A DNA stretch of 64,000 bases from a virus (taxonomy: Duplodnaviria; Caudoviricetes). The stretch covers positions 30,629 to 94,628 of IMG/VR virus record IMGVR_UViG_3300046490_000065; one strand, 5' to 3'. The notes beneath the pieces were generated by a model that saw only the letters and a list, made by a program, of their open reading frames with translations, was not told the origin of the DNA and searched no databases. Numbering within the stretch: the stretch's first letter is position 1; each line of letters opens with the position of its first letter. The translations under genes and the position numbers were made by a program. Shown here in pieces: positions 20,349 through 30,578 of this stretch.

Positions 20349-21293
20349 CTACTTCACCTCGCGTCCAACGGACTCCAGCACCTTCACCCGCTCTGTCAAC
20401 TCCAGCACGAGACCATGCAGTTCCTTTGCAGCCTGAAGTGCCACGGCGGATAACATTGCGTAGTCCACCCCCAGTGTGTCCTTGCCAAACTGGTAGATCG
20501 CCTGTGGAAAGGCCGGCTGGATCTCCTGTGCGATCACCCCGATGTGCTCACCACTCTGGAGGCTTGCTTCGGGGATGTACTCGAACGTGACTGGTTGAAT
20601 AGCGGTGAGTTTCTCCAGCACACCCGAGATCGCGGCAATGTTCTTCTTTAACTGTCGGTCACTGCCGCCAGTTAGCCCTTTTATACCCGCTGTTGCCGCT
20701 CCACCAGCGGCTCCCACAAGATCCCCCACGACCCCTAGCTTGGCTGCCTGCTGCTGGGTGGCGGATGCCAAGTTCGACTGGTTCGTAGTGGATGCCCCAC
20801 CGTACCCACTGAGCGAGGCACCAAGCTCCTGGAGGCTGAATGCGCCCACCCCGCTCCCGATATTGGCCAAGATCTCCGGAGCGTTCTCCACTGACTGGGC
20901 CATTGCCTGGGCCGGTGCCACCGACTTCTGGACCTCCAAGTTAGCGAGGGCGGTATCCCGCGCCGCGCCGGGAGCGACGGAGTTGAACACGCTCTGCTTC
21001 GCCCCCTCGTATCCGCTTGAGATCTTAGAGATAGTCGGCATCGCCGCCGCGAGTGCAGCATTTCGGTCTCCACTCGCGAGTGCCGTCTCTTTGGCAATTA
21101 GGGGAGCTTGCAGCGCTTCTGCTTTGGCCTTATCCTCCGTCGATGCCGTCTGCTGCTGCTGCGCAAGGTTGAGTTGCTGCTGGGTGATCTGAGAATTGGT
21201 GGACATCGCCGTCTTCTCGGCGCTGGAAGGGCCACACAGGAGCGTTGAAAGCCTGGAGACGTATCCCCAACGGCGGAACTCGGTATAGTTCAT
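20349..21293 (-). CDS. Pilot/ejection-type protein with C-terminal peptidase S74 intramolecular chaperone domain
   Basis: SDRQLKKNI...HIGVIAQE...GVDY...QAAKEL. Confidence 0.75.
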   Translation of the reverse strand: MNYTEFRRWGYVSRLSTLLCGPSSAEKTAMSTNSQITQQQLNLAQQQQTASTEDKAKAEALQAPLIAKETALASGDRNAALAAAMPTISKISSGYEGAKQSVFNSVAPGAARDTALANLEVQKSVAPAQAMAQSVENAPEILANIGSGVGAFSLQELGASLSGYGGASTTNQSNLASATQQQAAKLGVVGDLVGAAGGAATAGIKGLTGGSDRQLKKNIAAISGVLEKLTAIQPVTFEYIPEASLQSGEHIGVIAQEIQPAFPQAIYQFGKDTLGVDYAMLSAVALQAAKELHGLVLELTERVKVLESVGREVK

Positions 21294-21880
21294 TTATTCC
21301 CCCAACTCTCTTCCGTCAGCACAGACAAGTACCCGGCACACTCCACTCCCCGCCAGCAACACAACCCAGGGATCGGCCCGAACGAGGTGAACCCAGATGC
21401 CTTCATGAACCGCACAGCCGGGACGTTCTTCTCCGGGGTTATCCCGTAGATGGCATCCATTGAGCATTCATTGAAGGCGAAGTCTAGCAGCGCTTTCCCC
21501 ATGTCGAGAGTGATACCCATCGCTTGGTATTCCCGCCAGAACACCTCACCCACGTCCGCGTAACGGCAACCGTTCCTGGTCTTGATGTTGTGAAGCCAGC
21601 CCAACCCGGCCAGCGTGATTACTGGCGGCGCGTCCAATGTTGGACCGGGAGTTTCTAAAAAGCACCCGGCCACAATGATGTTGGGTTGTTCGCACCATTC
21701 GAGAAACCCTCGAAGATCAGGGGGTTTATCCCAGAACATCATGGGCAACAACCCCTCCTGTTCCATCCGCAGGTAAGCTACAGCCAGCAGGCTTTGTCCG
21801 ATTTCGGATCGGATCTTGATCGCTCGTTGTTCCGCTACCATATCAGACACGAGTGTACCCCTTAACACTCTACAACGCAA
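21290..21880 (-). CDS. GNAT-family acetyltransferase (virion-morphogenesis associated)
   Basis: GITPEKNVPAVRFMKASGF motif; sits before the ejection genes. Confidence 0.7.
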   Translation of the reverse strand: MRCRVLRGTLVSDMVAEQRAIKIRSEIGQSLLAVAYLRMEQEGLLPMMFWDKPPDLRGFLEWCEQPNIIVAGCFLETPGPTLDAPPVITLAGLGWLHNIKTRNGCRYADVGEVFWREYQAMGITLDMGKALLDFAFNECSMDAIYGITPEKNVPAVRFMKASGFTSFGPIPGLCCWRGVECAGYLSVLTEESWGNK

Positions 21881-21887
21881 CGACTTG

Positions 21888-22412
21888 CTACTTGTCCGGC
21901 CCCACCCACACCGCTATCACTTGGCTGGTCTGCGTAGCGCTACTCGCACTCCCGTCCACATTACTGGCCCCCGTACCCCCCGTTTTCTTGGCCACCACGA
22001 CGATCTGCTCGGTTCCGGTTGGGCTCTTGTACAGCCATGAACGGCTCACCACGATGTACCCAGCCCCAGCGATGAGATTCACAATCACCCCAGGCAACTG
22101 AGTTCCCGCTGCTGTCACCGCCACATACAAGGCGCTCCCTGTATCCAGCGCAGCCAGCAAGCATCGGACGGTCACGTCGATTTTCCACCATCCAGGGCGG
22201 GTTAGGGTGACGGCCATTCCGTGTACCGGGAGATAGCTGGTGGTCGCGGCTAGGAACGCTGTGGCCGGACTCGCTAACGGGGCCGTAAACGCACCCGCAG
22301 ATTCCAGTGCGTAGATCCTCTGCTCGTCAAGCTCGAAGCGTCGGTTTAGCCGGATGCAGTCCCCGACGATATCGGTGTCTCGAATACTGATTGGAACCTT
22401 TCCTTCAGCCAC
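21888..22412 (-). CDS. Small tail-associated protein
   Basis: Position directly after the nozzle gene. Confidence 0.5.
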   Translation of the reverse strand: MAEGKVPISIRDTDIVGDCIRLNRRFELDEQRIYALESAGAFTAPLASPATAFLAATTSYLPVHGMAVTLTRPGWWKIDVTVRCLLAALDTGSALYVAVTAAGTQLPGVIVNLIAGAGYIVVSRSWLYKSPTGTEQIVVVAKKTGGTGASNVDGSASSATQTSQVIAVWVGPDK

Positions 22413-22422
22413 ACTTCACCGC

Positions 22423-25400
22423 CTATATCGCCATCGTCATCAACTCAGAAATCAACGTCTGGGCATAACCCGCATGCTGTTCTGCTCCTTGGGGAATCCA
22501 CTCGATCCCGGACATGTCCGAATACACCTTGGCAGGGCTGCTGGACACCCACGAGATCACATACGTTTTGCTCTTGTTCAAACCGGAGCCGAACACACTG
22601 GGCAACAAAAACCGTTCCACAGATCGGGTGGCATGCGCGGGCAGCACTACGGTGTAAGTGCCCGTGTCGGATGTCACCGTGAAGTTCACGCTGGAAGCGC
22701 CCTGATAACTCAGCCAGATCTGCCTTATGATCTTAAAGCCAACGTAACCTAACGTCACCAAGTACGAAGACCACTGGGTGACGGCGGCCGGCTCTTTAAT
22801 CACCTCCATCGACCAGTCCCACAGCTTGGCCTTGCCTATCGCTGTGTAAGGATCAAGCAGCAGGCGCCACATCATCCCAATCAGGTTGGGGTTGCAGGGG
22901 AAGATGGCCCTTCGCGTGGTGTATGATGACGTCATTGCGAAAATCTGGACAACCCCGTTTTCCGTCTGTAGTCTGATCTGGCACTGCACTCCGGCGGTGT
23001 CCATCGTGATGATGAGGTTTCGGGCGATTGAACCGTAGGGCCACTCCCAGTCGTTCCAAGGGGTCCATAGCACCACGTCTGGAGGATCTGCCGGAGAGCT
23101 TTGTGGCGTCGTCTGCCAGCGAGAGAACGACCAAGCGAACAATTGGAACTTCCCGTTTGCTCCTGGAGTGTCGGTGAGACGCCACATCTTGGCGAAGACG
23201 TCCACTGGAATCGGGTAGTTAACCATCCGGTCAGTGAGGGTCCCCGTGTGCCGTACGGTCATCACGGTGCCATGTTCGTTTTCCAGGATGACGGTGCATG
23301 GAATTCCCTGGGTATCCGCGTCTATCGACAACCACGAAGGGTTCTTGTCGTCCGGGCTCTCCGCGTTTCTCCATTCAGTTGAGAGCACAATGTCGCAGGG
23401 GTAGTCAACCTTGTCGAAACTATACTTCCATTGCTTGAAGCTGACCGGCGGAGGGGACGTCGGATAGATCCGAATCATCTTTGCGATCATATCCTTTGGA
23501 AGAGGGAACTCCTTTTTCGCCCGTCCGCCTGACAACGTGAATGTGGCCAATGCCGAGTTCACTGTCTGCCCACCGATTCCAGTCAACGTGTCGAGTTGCA
23601 GGACCACATTGGACCCGCCAGTGTTGTCCCACTCGATCGTCACTGATCGTAAGTACTTATCCCAAGGGTGTCCCAGGTCGTCCCAGTCGAACGTGTGCCC
23701 CACCTCGCCACGGTCGGCCGGCTGGAATCGGAAGATCTTCCCTGGATTGAACAGTTGGAACTTCCCGCCGCCGGACACTATCGCGTCCTGGACTGGATCT
23801 ACAAAGATCCTCCACTTCTTCCCCGTGGCGGTCGGGAGGGTCGTCAAGTTTTGATCCCGGTTACTCCCCGTTCCGGTCACCGTTTGAGTACTGACTGTAA
23901 CTCCATCAGCTTGGATCTGAACGGTGATCGCCACCCCGTTTGTATCCACGTCTAAGGTGGCTTGGTTGAGGTACTTGGCAAAGGGGTAGTCGCCGTCTTC
24001 CCATGGGGTGAAGCTAACAATGTCTGGGGGGTAATCCTCCTTCTCAGTAAACTCCACGCTGAAGATCTTGAACAACACGTCCATCGCCCCACCGGGACTT
24101 TGGGGGGCATACGGTCTCACCCGGACCATCTTTGCGATGATCCCATCGGAGATAGGGAAGGTTTTCTTCGCCCTACCGCCTCCTCCGGTTATTGTCGGGT
24201 TCGAGAGGGTGAAAACTTGCACTGACCTGTTGAAAGTTTTCCCGTCAATCCCAGAGAGGGTATCGAAGGCTATCTTCTGATCGATCCCCGCTGTGTCGAA
24301 GGTGACCACAAATTGGTAGAGCCGCTTGTCGTGGGGGTGTCCCAGGTCGGTCCAATCCCCAGAACCGCCGGCCGTCAGTAGATCCAAATCTTGGTAAACA
24401 ATCGTCAACGAGTAAAACGTAATCTGTGTTGGCCACGCAGCACCGCTAATATGGAATGAGATACTGCGGGCCTCTCTCGCATAGGAGTTGACATCAGTTG
24501 GGTGACCTATCACCACTGATAATTGAGGTAGAAGGGAGACGACGTTCCTCCCTCCGACCACGGGCAAAGTAACAGGAAGGGTGTCCAGTGCCGTATTAGA
24601 AAAGTCTGTCGTTAAGGCCACCGTTACCGCCGAAGCACCTGCACTACCGGTAGTGTCCAGTTCCAGCAACGCCTCTTCAAACAATTTAGTGGCGGATGGT
24701 TCGCCGACATCAAACCACGGGAGGAGGATATCAAAGGTGACCGCTGATCCTCCATTGGTGGCTGATGGGGGAGCCCATGCTGGGGTGAAGTAGTCGGCCG
24801 TATAGTTCAGATAGGTGAAACCGGAGTCAGGTGTCCCCACCACATACTGGTCCATCAGCGAGAAATAGACCCCAGTCGCGCCGCCCCAACTTGCTTCTAC
24901 CATCATTTGGGTGTCGGGCTCAGCGTAAATAAACGAATACACGACTTGAGGGTAGTCGGTGACTCGCCACCGATCGTTGAATGCTGGCTCGCAAGCGATC
25001 TCCCTTGAGTGCCCTCCCGTGTCAACGTACACCAAGTACACCTGCCCGCGCCTGCATTCCATGACACACAAGCTGTACGTGTTATTGTCTATTGGCGCAA
25101 GGCCATTTACATGTTGCCCATGAAATATCGGGTCAATTGCTTCGGACCTCTTCCTGCACTGCGCCCCATCCCAAGACCATACTCCATCGGTCGCCAAAAA
25201 CCATATCTCTGATTCGGTCTTGCAATTCGCCCGCATCCCAACTGTCCCACGAGCCGCTACCTTTGCCGGGGTAACGAAGGATCCACCGTAAATCACGGTC
25301 TCGAATATCCCGTATAGGTTCAGGGTCACCACCTGACCTCGAAACTCATACATCCGGAGGATCGGATTCGACGGGGTTCCGCACGCTACTGTCGCCACCG

Positions 25401-26736
25401 AACCATCGGCCGGCGTGACGGTGAATGATTCCGGGGTGTCCCCTTTGCTTCGGTAAATCAGGTGTGGGTTGTTGGGGTCACCTGCTACCAAAACGAACTG
25501 CTGATAACTTATGCACAGGTTGCACGGCTGACCACAAACGACATCTGCGAAGATCGTGGTGCCAACTGGCTGTTGGTGCTGGAAGTATGCCGTGATGACG
25601 CTCCCCACCACCGACTCTACGGTGACGGTTTCGGGGGAATCGAATATACAGTAAACTTGGGTCCCTGGTGTGATGGCAGAAATGTTCCCACCGGAGATCG
25701 TGATTGCCTGCCTGCCTCCCCCGGCAGCCGTGGCTGGTATTGTGGCGGTGGAATTCGCCCGTGATGGCAAATTACTAGGCACGGGAGGGTCATTATCCAC
25801 CGTCAGGAACCGCGCGGATACTAGGTCTACATCGGCGGCAGAGTCCGTAAACGTGTTTGTCGATCCGGCCCCTGGGTTCGTGCAGAATCCTACATATCTC
25901 CACGTGTCGTACAGGAGCCCACCTCGGCGGTAGATGTTGATTGTTGACCCGGCCCCGGTACCGATCTGCGGGTCGTTCGTCCCGTACACGGTGACGGTGA
26001 TGTTCTGCTGTTGTACAGCCACCGGAACCCCGTTGGCGACCACGCTGTCTACAAGCATCGTCTGTGACGGGTTGCCTTCGTTGTTGGTAACTTTAGCTTG
26101 GTAGCAATAACGGTAATCGTATGGGGTAGTCCCATTCGGGCTCCCGGCCGCTCCACCATTTGGCCCATTGGGAGACGACCCAACTGCCCCCACCGCCACG
26201 GCGGTTGCAACACCAAATGCTGGGAGTATCCCCCAGAGAGGCAAGGTCCCGTACGGTGAGTTACCCGAGTCCTTGAGCATCTTGTTCTCAGATGCGATAA
26301 ACGCCCACGGGCCACCCACTCCGCCAGCCGCGTACGTAGCTAGACTAAACGCCTTCCTCGTAGGGTTAGTGTTGATCTGGGTTGCGACGGAGGTAAATGA
26401 TCCGAAGTCAGTCGTTCGGTACAGATCGTTTGAAGGCCCGACCAATGAAACCCCGATGTAACGTGGATTGGTTGATGGGGTGGAGGGGTTTTCCGTGGTC
26501 TGCACTACCATTTTCTGAATCATATAGCAGAGCGAAAAGGTAGGCCCCATGTTCCCTAGGTATTTCTTCCCTCCCCTAGTAGTCAACCCACCTTCCTGGA
26601 CGACCTCCATATTGGTGCAGGAACGGTACTGGCCATCCGTCAGGAGGGTGGGGTCCTCCTTGGTAATCATGCCGTTCAAGCCAAACTTGAACTTGATAAG
26701 TTTTTTTCGGGGATCAGTAGGCATCTTTACATTCAC
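22423..26736 (-). CDS. Tail nozzle / stabilisation protein (P22 gp10, T7 gp12-like) with repeated C-terminal domains
   Basis: GM...DP...NM...GGLTTRGG start, propeller-like core (IWFLATDGVWSWDG...SEAIDPIF). Confidence 0.7.
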   Translation of the reverse strand: MNVKMPTDPRKKLIKFKFGLNGMITKEDPTLLTDGQYRSCTNMEVVQEGGLTTRGGKKYLGNMGPTFSLCYMIQKMVVQTTENPSTPSTNPRYIGVSLVGPSNDLYRTTDFGSFTSVATQINTNPTRKAFSLATYAAGGVGGPWAFIASENKMLKDSGNSPYGTLPLWGILPAFGVATAVAVGAVGSSPNGPNGGAAGSPNGTTPYDYRYCYQAKVTNNEGNPSQTMLVDSVVANGVPVAVQQQNITVTVYGTNDPQIGTGAGSTINIYRRGGLLYDTWRYVGFCTNPGAGSTNTFTDSAADVDLVSARFLTVDNDPPVPSNLPSRANSTATIPATAAGGGRQAITISGGNISAITPGTQVYCIFDSPETVTVESVVGSVITAYFQHQQPVGTTIFADVVCGQPCNLCISYQQFVLVAGDPNNPHLIYRSKGDTPESFTVTPADGSVATVACGTPSNPILRMYEFRGQVVTLNLYGIFETVIYGGSFVTPAKVAARGTVGMRANCKTESEIWFLATDGVWSWDGAQCRKRSEAIDPIFHGQHVNGLAPIDNNTYSLCVMECRRGQVYLVYVDTGGHSREIACEPAFNDRWRVTDYPQVVYSFIYAEPDTQMMVEASWGGATGVYFSLMDQYVVGTPDSGFTYLNYTADYFTPAWAPPSATNGGSAVTFDILLPWFDVGEPSATKLFEEALLELDTTGSAGASAVTVALTTDFSNTALDTLPVTLPVVGGRNVVSLLPQLSVVIGHPTDVNSYAREARSISFHISGAAWPTQITFYSLTIVYQDLDLLTAGGSGDWTDLGHPHDKRLYQFVVTFDTAGIDQKIAFDTLSGIDGKTFNRSVQVFTLSNPTITGGGGRAKKTFPISDGIIAKMVRVRPYAPQSPGGAMDVLFKIFSVEFTEKEDYPPDIVSFTPWEDGDYPFAKYLNQATLDVDTNGVAITVQIQADGVTVSTQTVTGTGSNRDQNLTTLPTATGKKWRIFVDPVQDAIVSGGGKFQLFNPGKIFRFQPADRGEVGHTFDWDDLGHPWDKYLRSVTIEWDNTGGSNVVLQLDTLTGIGGQTVNSALATFTLSGGRAKKEFPLPKDMIAKMIRIYPTSPPPVSFKQWKYSFDKVDYPCDIVLSTEWRNAESPDDKNPSWLSIDADTQGIPCTVILENEHGTVMTVRHTGTLTDRMVNYPIPVDVFAKMWRLTDTPGANGKFQLFAWSFSRWQTTPQSSPADPPDVVLWTPWNDWEWPYGSIARNLIITMDTAGVQCQIRLQTENGVVQIFAMTSSYTTRRAIFPCNPNLIGMMWRLLLDPYTAIGKAKLWDWSMEVIKEPAAVTQWSSYLVTLGYVGFKIIRQIWLSYQGASSVNFTVTSDTGTYTVVLPAHATRSVERFLLPSVFGSGLNKSKTYVISWVSSSPAKVYSDMSGIEWIPQGAEQHAGYAQTLISELMTMAI

Positions 26737-26737
26737 C

Positions 26738-29700
26738 CTACCGTAACCTAGTCATATTCATACCACTAGCGGTTGTGCTTCCGCCGTTGGCGTTCAGTGG
26801 TCCTCCACTGTTCTGGAACGCTTGGCACACGAAATACTCCCCGCCCGACACTCCTCCGTAAGATTGCACCATCGCCGTTGCCATTATTTGCTGTGAGTTA
26901 CTTAGATCAGAGTTCGCCGGATACTGTTGAAGGGCGACATACTGTCCATTGCTTGGGGACGCCCCTAAGCGCTGAATCCCAACGCCGCGCGTGCCTGTAG
27001 CGTTGGGGGAGAACCTCACCCAGCAACTCAGAAGATACATCCCCCCACTAGGGGCTCCACCTGCTCCTGCATCCGCCACGGGGGTCGCAAAACGATCTGT
27101 GTTGGCCGATGTGCTATGAATTCCGAAGTCGTATACGTTCGTGTCCCAAAGTATGTTGGTCCACGCGTTGTTAGGCACGCTCCAGGTGGCCGATGATGAG
27201 TACGCAAAACTACGAAACTGCTGTGCAGAATCCAAGGTGTTGTTGTTGTTCGTCCCGAACACAATGACTTGATCGTTCGCCGTCTGCCCGCAGGTTTGGA
27301 AGTTCCGGATGATGTTGTCGTGATCGCCGGAGAACAGGATGATCCCCTGCCCAGAGTTGCCACAGACGTACGCACCATCAATTAAATTAAATTCATTGTC
27401 CTGGCTCGAAAACCATACCCCCTCGCTGTTCTTGTTGTCGAGCGCAACCACGTTTTTGAACTGGTTTTTATAGCTTCCCTGCGAGATCGCTAAACCGTTG
27501 GCTGATGCCCTATTAGCGGTGACGTTCACAAAACTGCCGTAGGCAGTGGCAGCGAGCTTGATGGCCCTCCCAACGTATACCTGTCCAGCGGACTGGACGA
27601 GAACGTTACTTACTTGCGGAAACACATTCTGCGCGAACTGGATGCCAAATCCAGACGCGTTGATTACCCGCAGGTTGCTGGCTTGCAGGTTGGTTTGGCT
27701 ATAAAGAGAGATGGAATCGTACCCTCCGCTACCGGAGTTGTAGGTCTCCACGTTGGTGACCGAGTTCTCGTACCCGGCTGCCATCATCAGTCCGGCCGAT
27801 GCTACCCAGTTCCGAAAATAAACATCGTTAATCCGGCAGTAAGATACATAGCTCAGCAGCACGCCATAAAACTGGTTGGCATTGGACCGGTTGTATCCGA
27901 TGCCGCCGCCGTCCAACACCAACCCCTCAATCACGATGTGGGAGACAGGATTGAGCTTGGAAATCGAGTGCGATCCTAGTGTGTTATCGAGGGGAATGAC
28001 GATAGGGTCGCGAAAGGTGACCGCTGGAGCGGAAATTGCCGAAATCGTGTTGAACTGAACAAAAACATTCCCATAGGTGGCCTCGATCCCTGAGAACAGA
28101 TCCACTACATCGCCAACGGCGTAGCCGGCAGTAGAGGTGAAGTTGATCGTATCGGTGACGATGTTCGCGCGGTTTGAGAAAGCCAAATTCGTGGCTGTTG
28201 TGGTGCTGTTGGTCAGGGTCCCTATTGCCGAAATGAGCGGCACGTACGGCGTGGCTGGTGATAGCGTGATGATCGACTGGCGGGATGCTCCGTGCAAGTA
28301 AAAGCCGCTCGGCAACTGCATGATGGGTCCGTGTGCGGCGTAGCTTCCAGCGGTGACATACACCTCGTTTACACCTGCTGCAATAGCGGCGCTGATCGCT
28401 TCGCTGATCCCACTATCGTTAGACTGGACAGTGTATCCTGCTGAATGTGAGTTACTGGCCGAGAACGTGATGGACCCAATGGGGGATCCAGAGGTGCATG
28501 TTCCGCCCGTGATCTGAACCGCCTCTGGACCCATAGACAAAGACCCACCGGAGGTATACGCCCCAAAACCTTGGGAACCGATTAACGACACGGTGGACCC
28601 ACTCACGGTTATCAAGTAGGCTCCATTGGCGTTCAGATTGCCGCCAACTCCGGACACTATGACCAAGTTCCCGGTGATCAAACCGGCAGTGTTGTTGAGC
28701 GTTAAGACAATGGGGGTTGTGTTGCTGGCCGCACTGACTGTCTTAACCACCGGCCCGGATGCGCCCGAAACGTACACCCAATGGTTTCCGTCTGTGCCAT
28801 TAACCCCCACGGGGCATGGTGTTAGCGTGATGGTATTTGGCCCGATGGATACAGTACCATACGGGGTCTGCGACCAAGCGATAGGCGTAAAATAAGGCAA
28901 TTGTCCTGCCCCTCCTCCACCACCTGATGACGCTTGAAAACTAGGATCAGCACTGGGGCCGTTAGACGTGAGCACAAAACCGGTGGTTCCCGGAGAGACC
29001 AATGTGACCGGTGAGGCCCCCTCTGCGACGAGCACCCCGTGGGCAGTCGGGTTGGCCACCCCGGTACCACCCTTGGTCGCCGGCAGAGTCCCCGTGGCCC
29101 CCCCGTTCACAGCGCTCGTTAGATCCACTGACGACATATTAGACCCCGGCAGAGTGCCGGTGATCGCGGCGGGTTGGCTAAGGTCAACCGGGCCAACCGT
29201 AGGGGTACCCCCCGCCCCCGCCTGAAATACTTGGTACTGTGATCCGGCGGACGTTACTCCGGTATTCCCAAATCCATTGCCGAACAAAATTCCATTAAGC
29301 GTCTGTGAGGTCAACCCTGTGCATCCCTGGGCCACCGAGCAGGGGAACGTCACCGCTCCGGAAGCCGTGCTTAACGGCAAACTATTCTGCCCAGCATACT
29401 TCACCACCGCGTTACCCGTTATTGAGATATTGACAAATGAGGCAGGGGAAGTGTACATATCAGCGCCAAAAGCTACTGCTGGATTGCTGATCTGGCTAAT
29501 CGTAGCCGTTGCTCCATAGCTCGACCATGGTCCAGTGCATGCCACGTTTGAGTACCGGATGGTGACGGACCAACTCCCCGTACCAGACGCCACCACAGAG
29601 TGATACCAATTCCTTCGGGAAGACGCGGAACGGTTGTCGATCGTGCCCGCGCACCCAGTCCCTTCGCCGGGCCACGACGAGTTGATGCCAGGAATCGAGG

Positions 29701-29788
29701 TGACTTGCATCGACACCTTGGTGGATTGGGCGAACGCCCCAAAGCAGAAAGCGGATAGAGCCAAGATCGCAGTTTTCATAAATGTCAT
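26738..29788 (-). CDS. Tail spike/fibre with beta-helix (pectate-lyase-like) and C1q/TNF-like C-terminus; signal peptide
   Basis: GGTG fibre repeats, AISAAIAAG...VYV..GSY beta-helix entry; MKTAILALSAFCFGAFAQ. Confidence 0.7.
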   Translation of the reverse strand: MTFMKTAILALSAFCFGAFAQSTKVSMQVTSIPGINSSWPGEGTGCAGTIDNRSASSRRNWYHSVVASGTGSWSVTIRYSNVACTGPWSSYGATATISQISNPAVAFGADMYTSPASFVNISITGNAVVKYAGQNSLPLSTASGAVTFPCSVAQGCTGLTSQTLNGILFGNGFGNTGVTSAGSQYQVFQAGAGGTPTVGPVDLSQPAAITGTLPGSNMSSVDLTSAVNGGATGTLPATKGGTGVANPTAHGVLVAEGASPVTLVSPGTTGFVLTSNGPSADPSFQASSGGGGGAGQLPYFTPIAWSQTPYGTVSIGPNTITLTPCPVGVNGTDGNHWVYVSGASGPVVKTVSAASNTTPIVLTLNNTAGLITGNLVIVSGVGGNLNANGAYLITVSGSTVSLIGSQGFGAYTSGGSLSMGPEAVQITGGTCTSGSPIGSITFSASNSHSAGYTVQSNDSGISEAISAAIAAGVNEVYVTAGSYAAHGPIMQLPSGFYLHGASRQSIITLSPATPYVPLISAIGTLTNSTTTATNLAFSNRANIVTDTINFTSTAGYAVGDVVDLFSGIEATYGNVFVQFNTISAISAPAVTFRDPIVIPLDNTLGSHSISKLNPVSHIVIEGLVLDGGGIGYNRSNANQFYGVLLSYVSYCRINDVYFRNWVASAGLMMAAGYENSVTNVETYNSGSGGYDSISLYSQTNLQASNLRVINASGFGIQFAQNVFPQVSNVLVQSAGQVYVGRAIKLAATAYGSFVNVTANRASANGLAISQGSYKNQFKNVVALDNKNSEGVWFSSQDNEFNLIDGAYVCGNSGQGIILFSGDHDNIIRNFQTCGQTANDQVIVFGTNNNNTLDSAQQFRSFAYSSSATWSVPNNAWTNILWDTNVYDFGIHSTSANTDRFATPVADAGAGGAPSGGMYLLSCWVRFSPNATGTRGVGIQRLGASPSNGQYVALQQYPANSDLSNSQQIMATAMVQSYGGVSGGEYFVCQAFQNSGGPLNANGGSTTASGMNMTRLR

Positions 29789-29828
29789 CGTCCAACATTG
29801 GACGATTCATTGTACCGCGTTGAAAGGA

Positions 29829-30578
29829 CTACGGCGCCTGCCTGTCCGGGAGCCCTGAAACTTCCTTACAGACGCTCATGGTCTCCTGCTCCTGTGCGGC
29901 ACAGAACGCAGCCCTCTGAGAGTCCTTCAACTCGTTGTCCCCACTGAAAAGGCGGCTGAGTACCATAAACGGTAAAGTCTGTAAAGCGATGTCGTCTGGT
30001 ATCAGGGGGATCGGGTCGGAAAGTTGCGTCACTTGGGTAGTGGCTTTTCTCGTCCCGATGATCGTCAACCCACGATGCTGCACTGGATTCAGCACCACCT
30101 GGGTGGCGTCCACTTGGCAAAGTGCAGAGAACGAATCGTACACAGCGGCCGGTGGGTTCGGATCGTTCGGCCCGATGATCCACTCCCCGTTATAGTTTGG
30201 GGACGGTGCCAAGCCGATGCTTTTCAACCCCAGGCCATCCTGGTAATAGTAGCGGGGGATCGCCTGCATGTTCCGCCACTTCCTGATCTGGTTGTTCAAG
30301 TCCTGCTGGGTGGACTGTGGAAGCCACTTTCCGCCCAAAAACACGCTGTGGATGTCTACGATGTCGTCTGGGATCAAGTAGACAGATTGGCCGGACAGAA
30401 CTGTAGTCGTCCATATCCTTTGGATAATTCCGGACTGCTTTAGGAAGTCCAACACGGCAAGGTTTAGGACGTCGAAGAACTGGGGCAGAGTGACGATACC
30501 CAGGCGGAGTCCGGTCGGTGGATCCTCTGCAAGGTCGAACGCGACTTGATCGTATACCTGCTGCGCTGTTACGGCCAT
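29829..30578 (-). CDS. Head-tail adaptor / tail ring protein
   Basis: GQSVYLIPDD...PRYYY...IGLAPSP pattern. Confidence 0.6.
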   Translation of the reverse strand: MAVTAQQVYDQVAFDLAEDPPTGLRLGIVTLPQFFDVLNLAVLDFLKQSGIIQRIWTTTVLSGQSVYLIPDDIVDIHSVFLGGKWLPQSTQQDLNNQIRKWRNMQAIPRYYYQDGLGLKSIGLAPSPNYNGEWIIGPNDPNPPAAVYDSFSALCQVDATQVVLNPVQHRGLTIIGTRKATTQVTQLSDPIPLIPDDIALQTLPFMVLSRLFSGDNELKDSQRAAFCAAQEQETMSVCKEVSGLPDRQAP

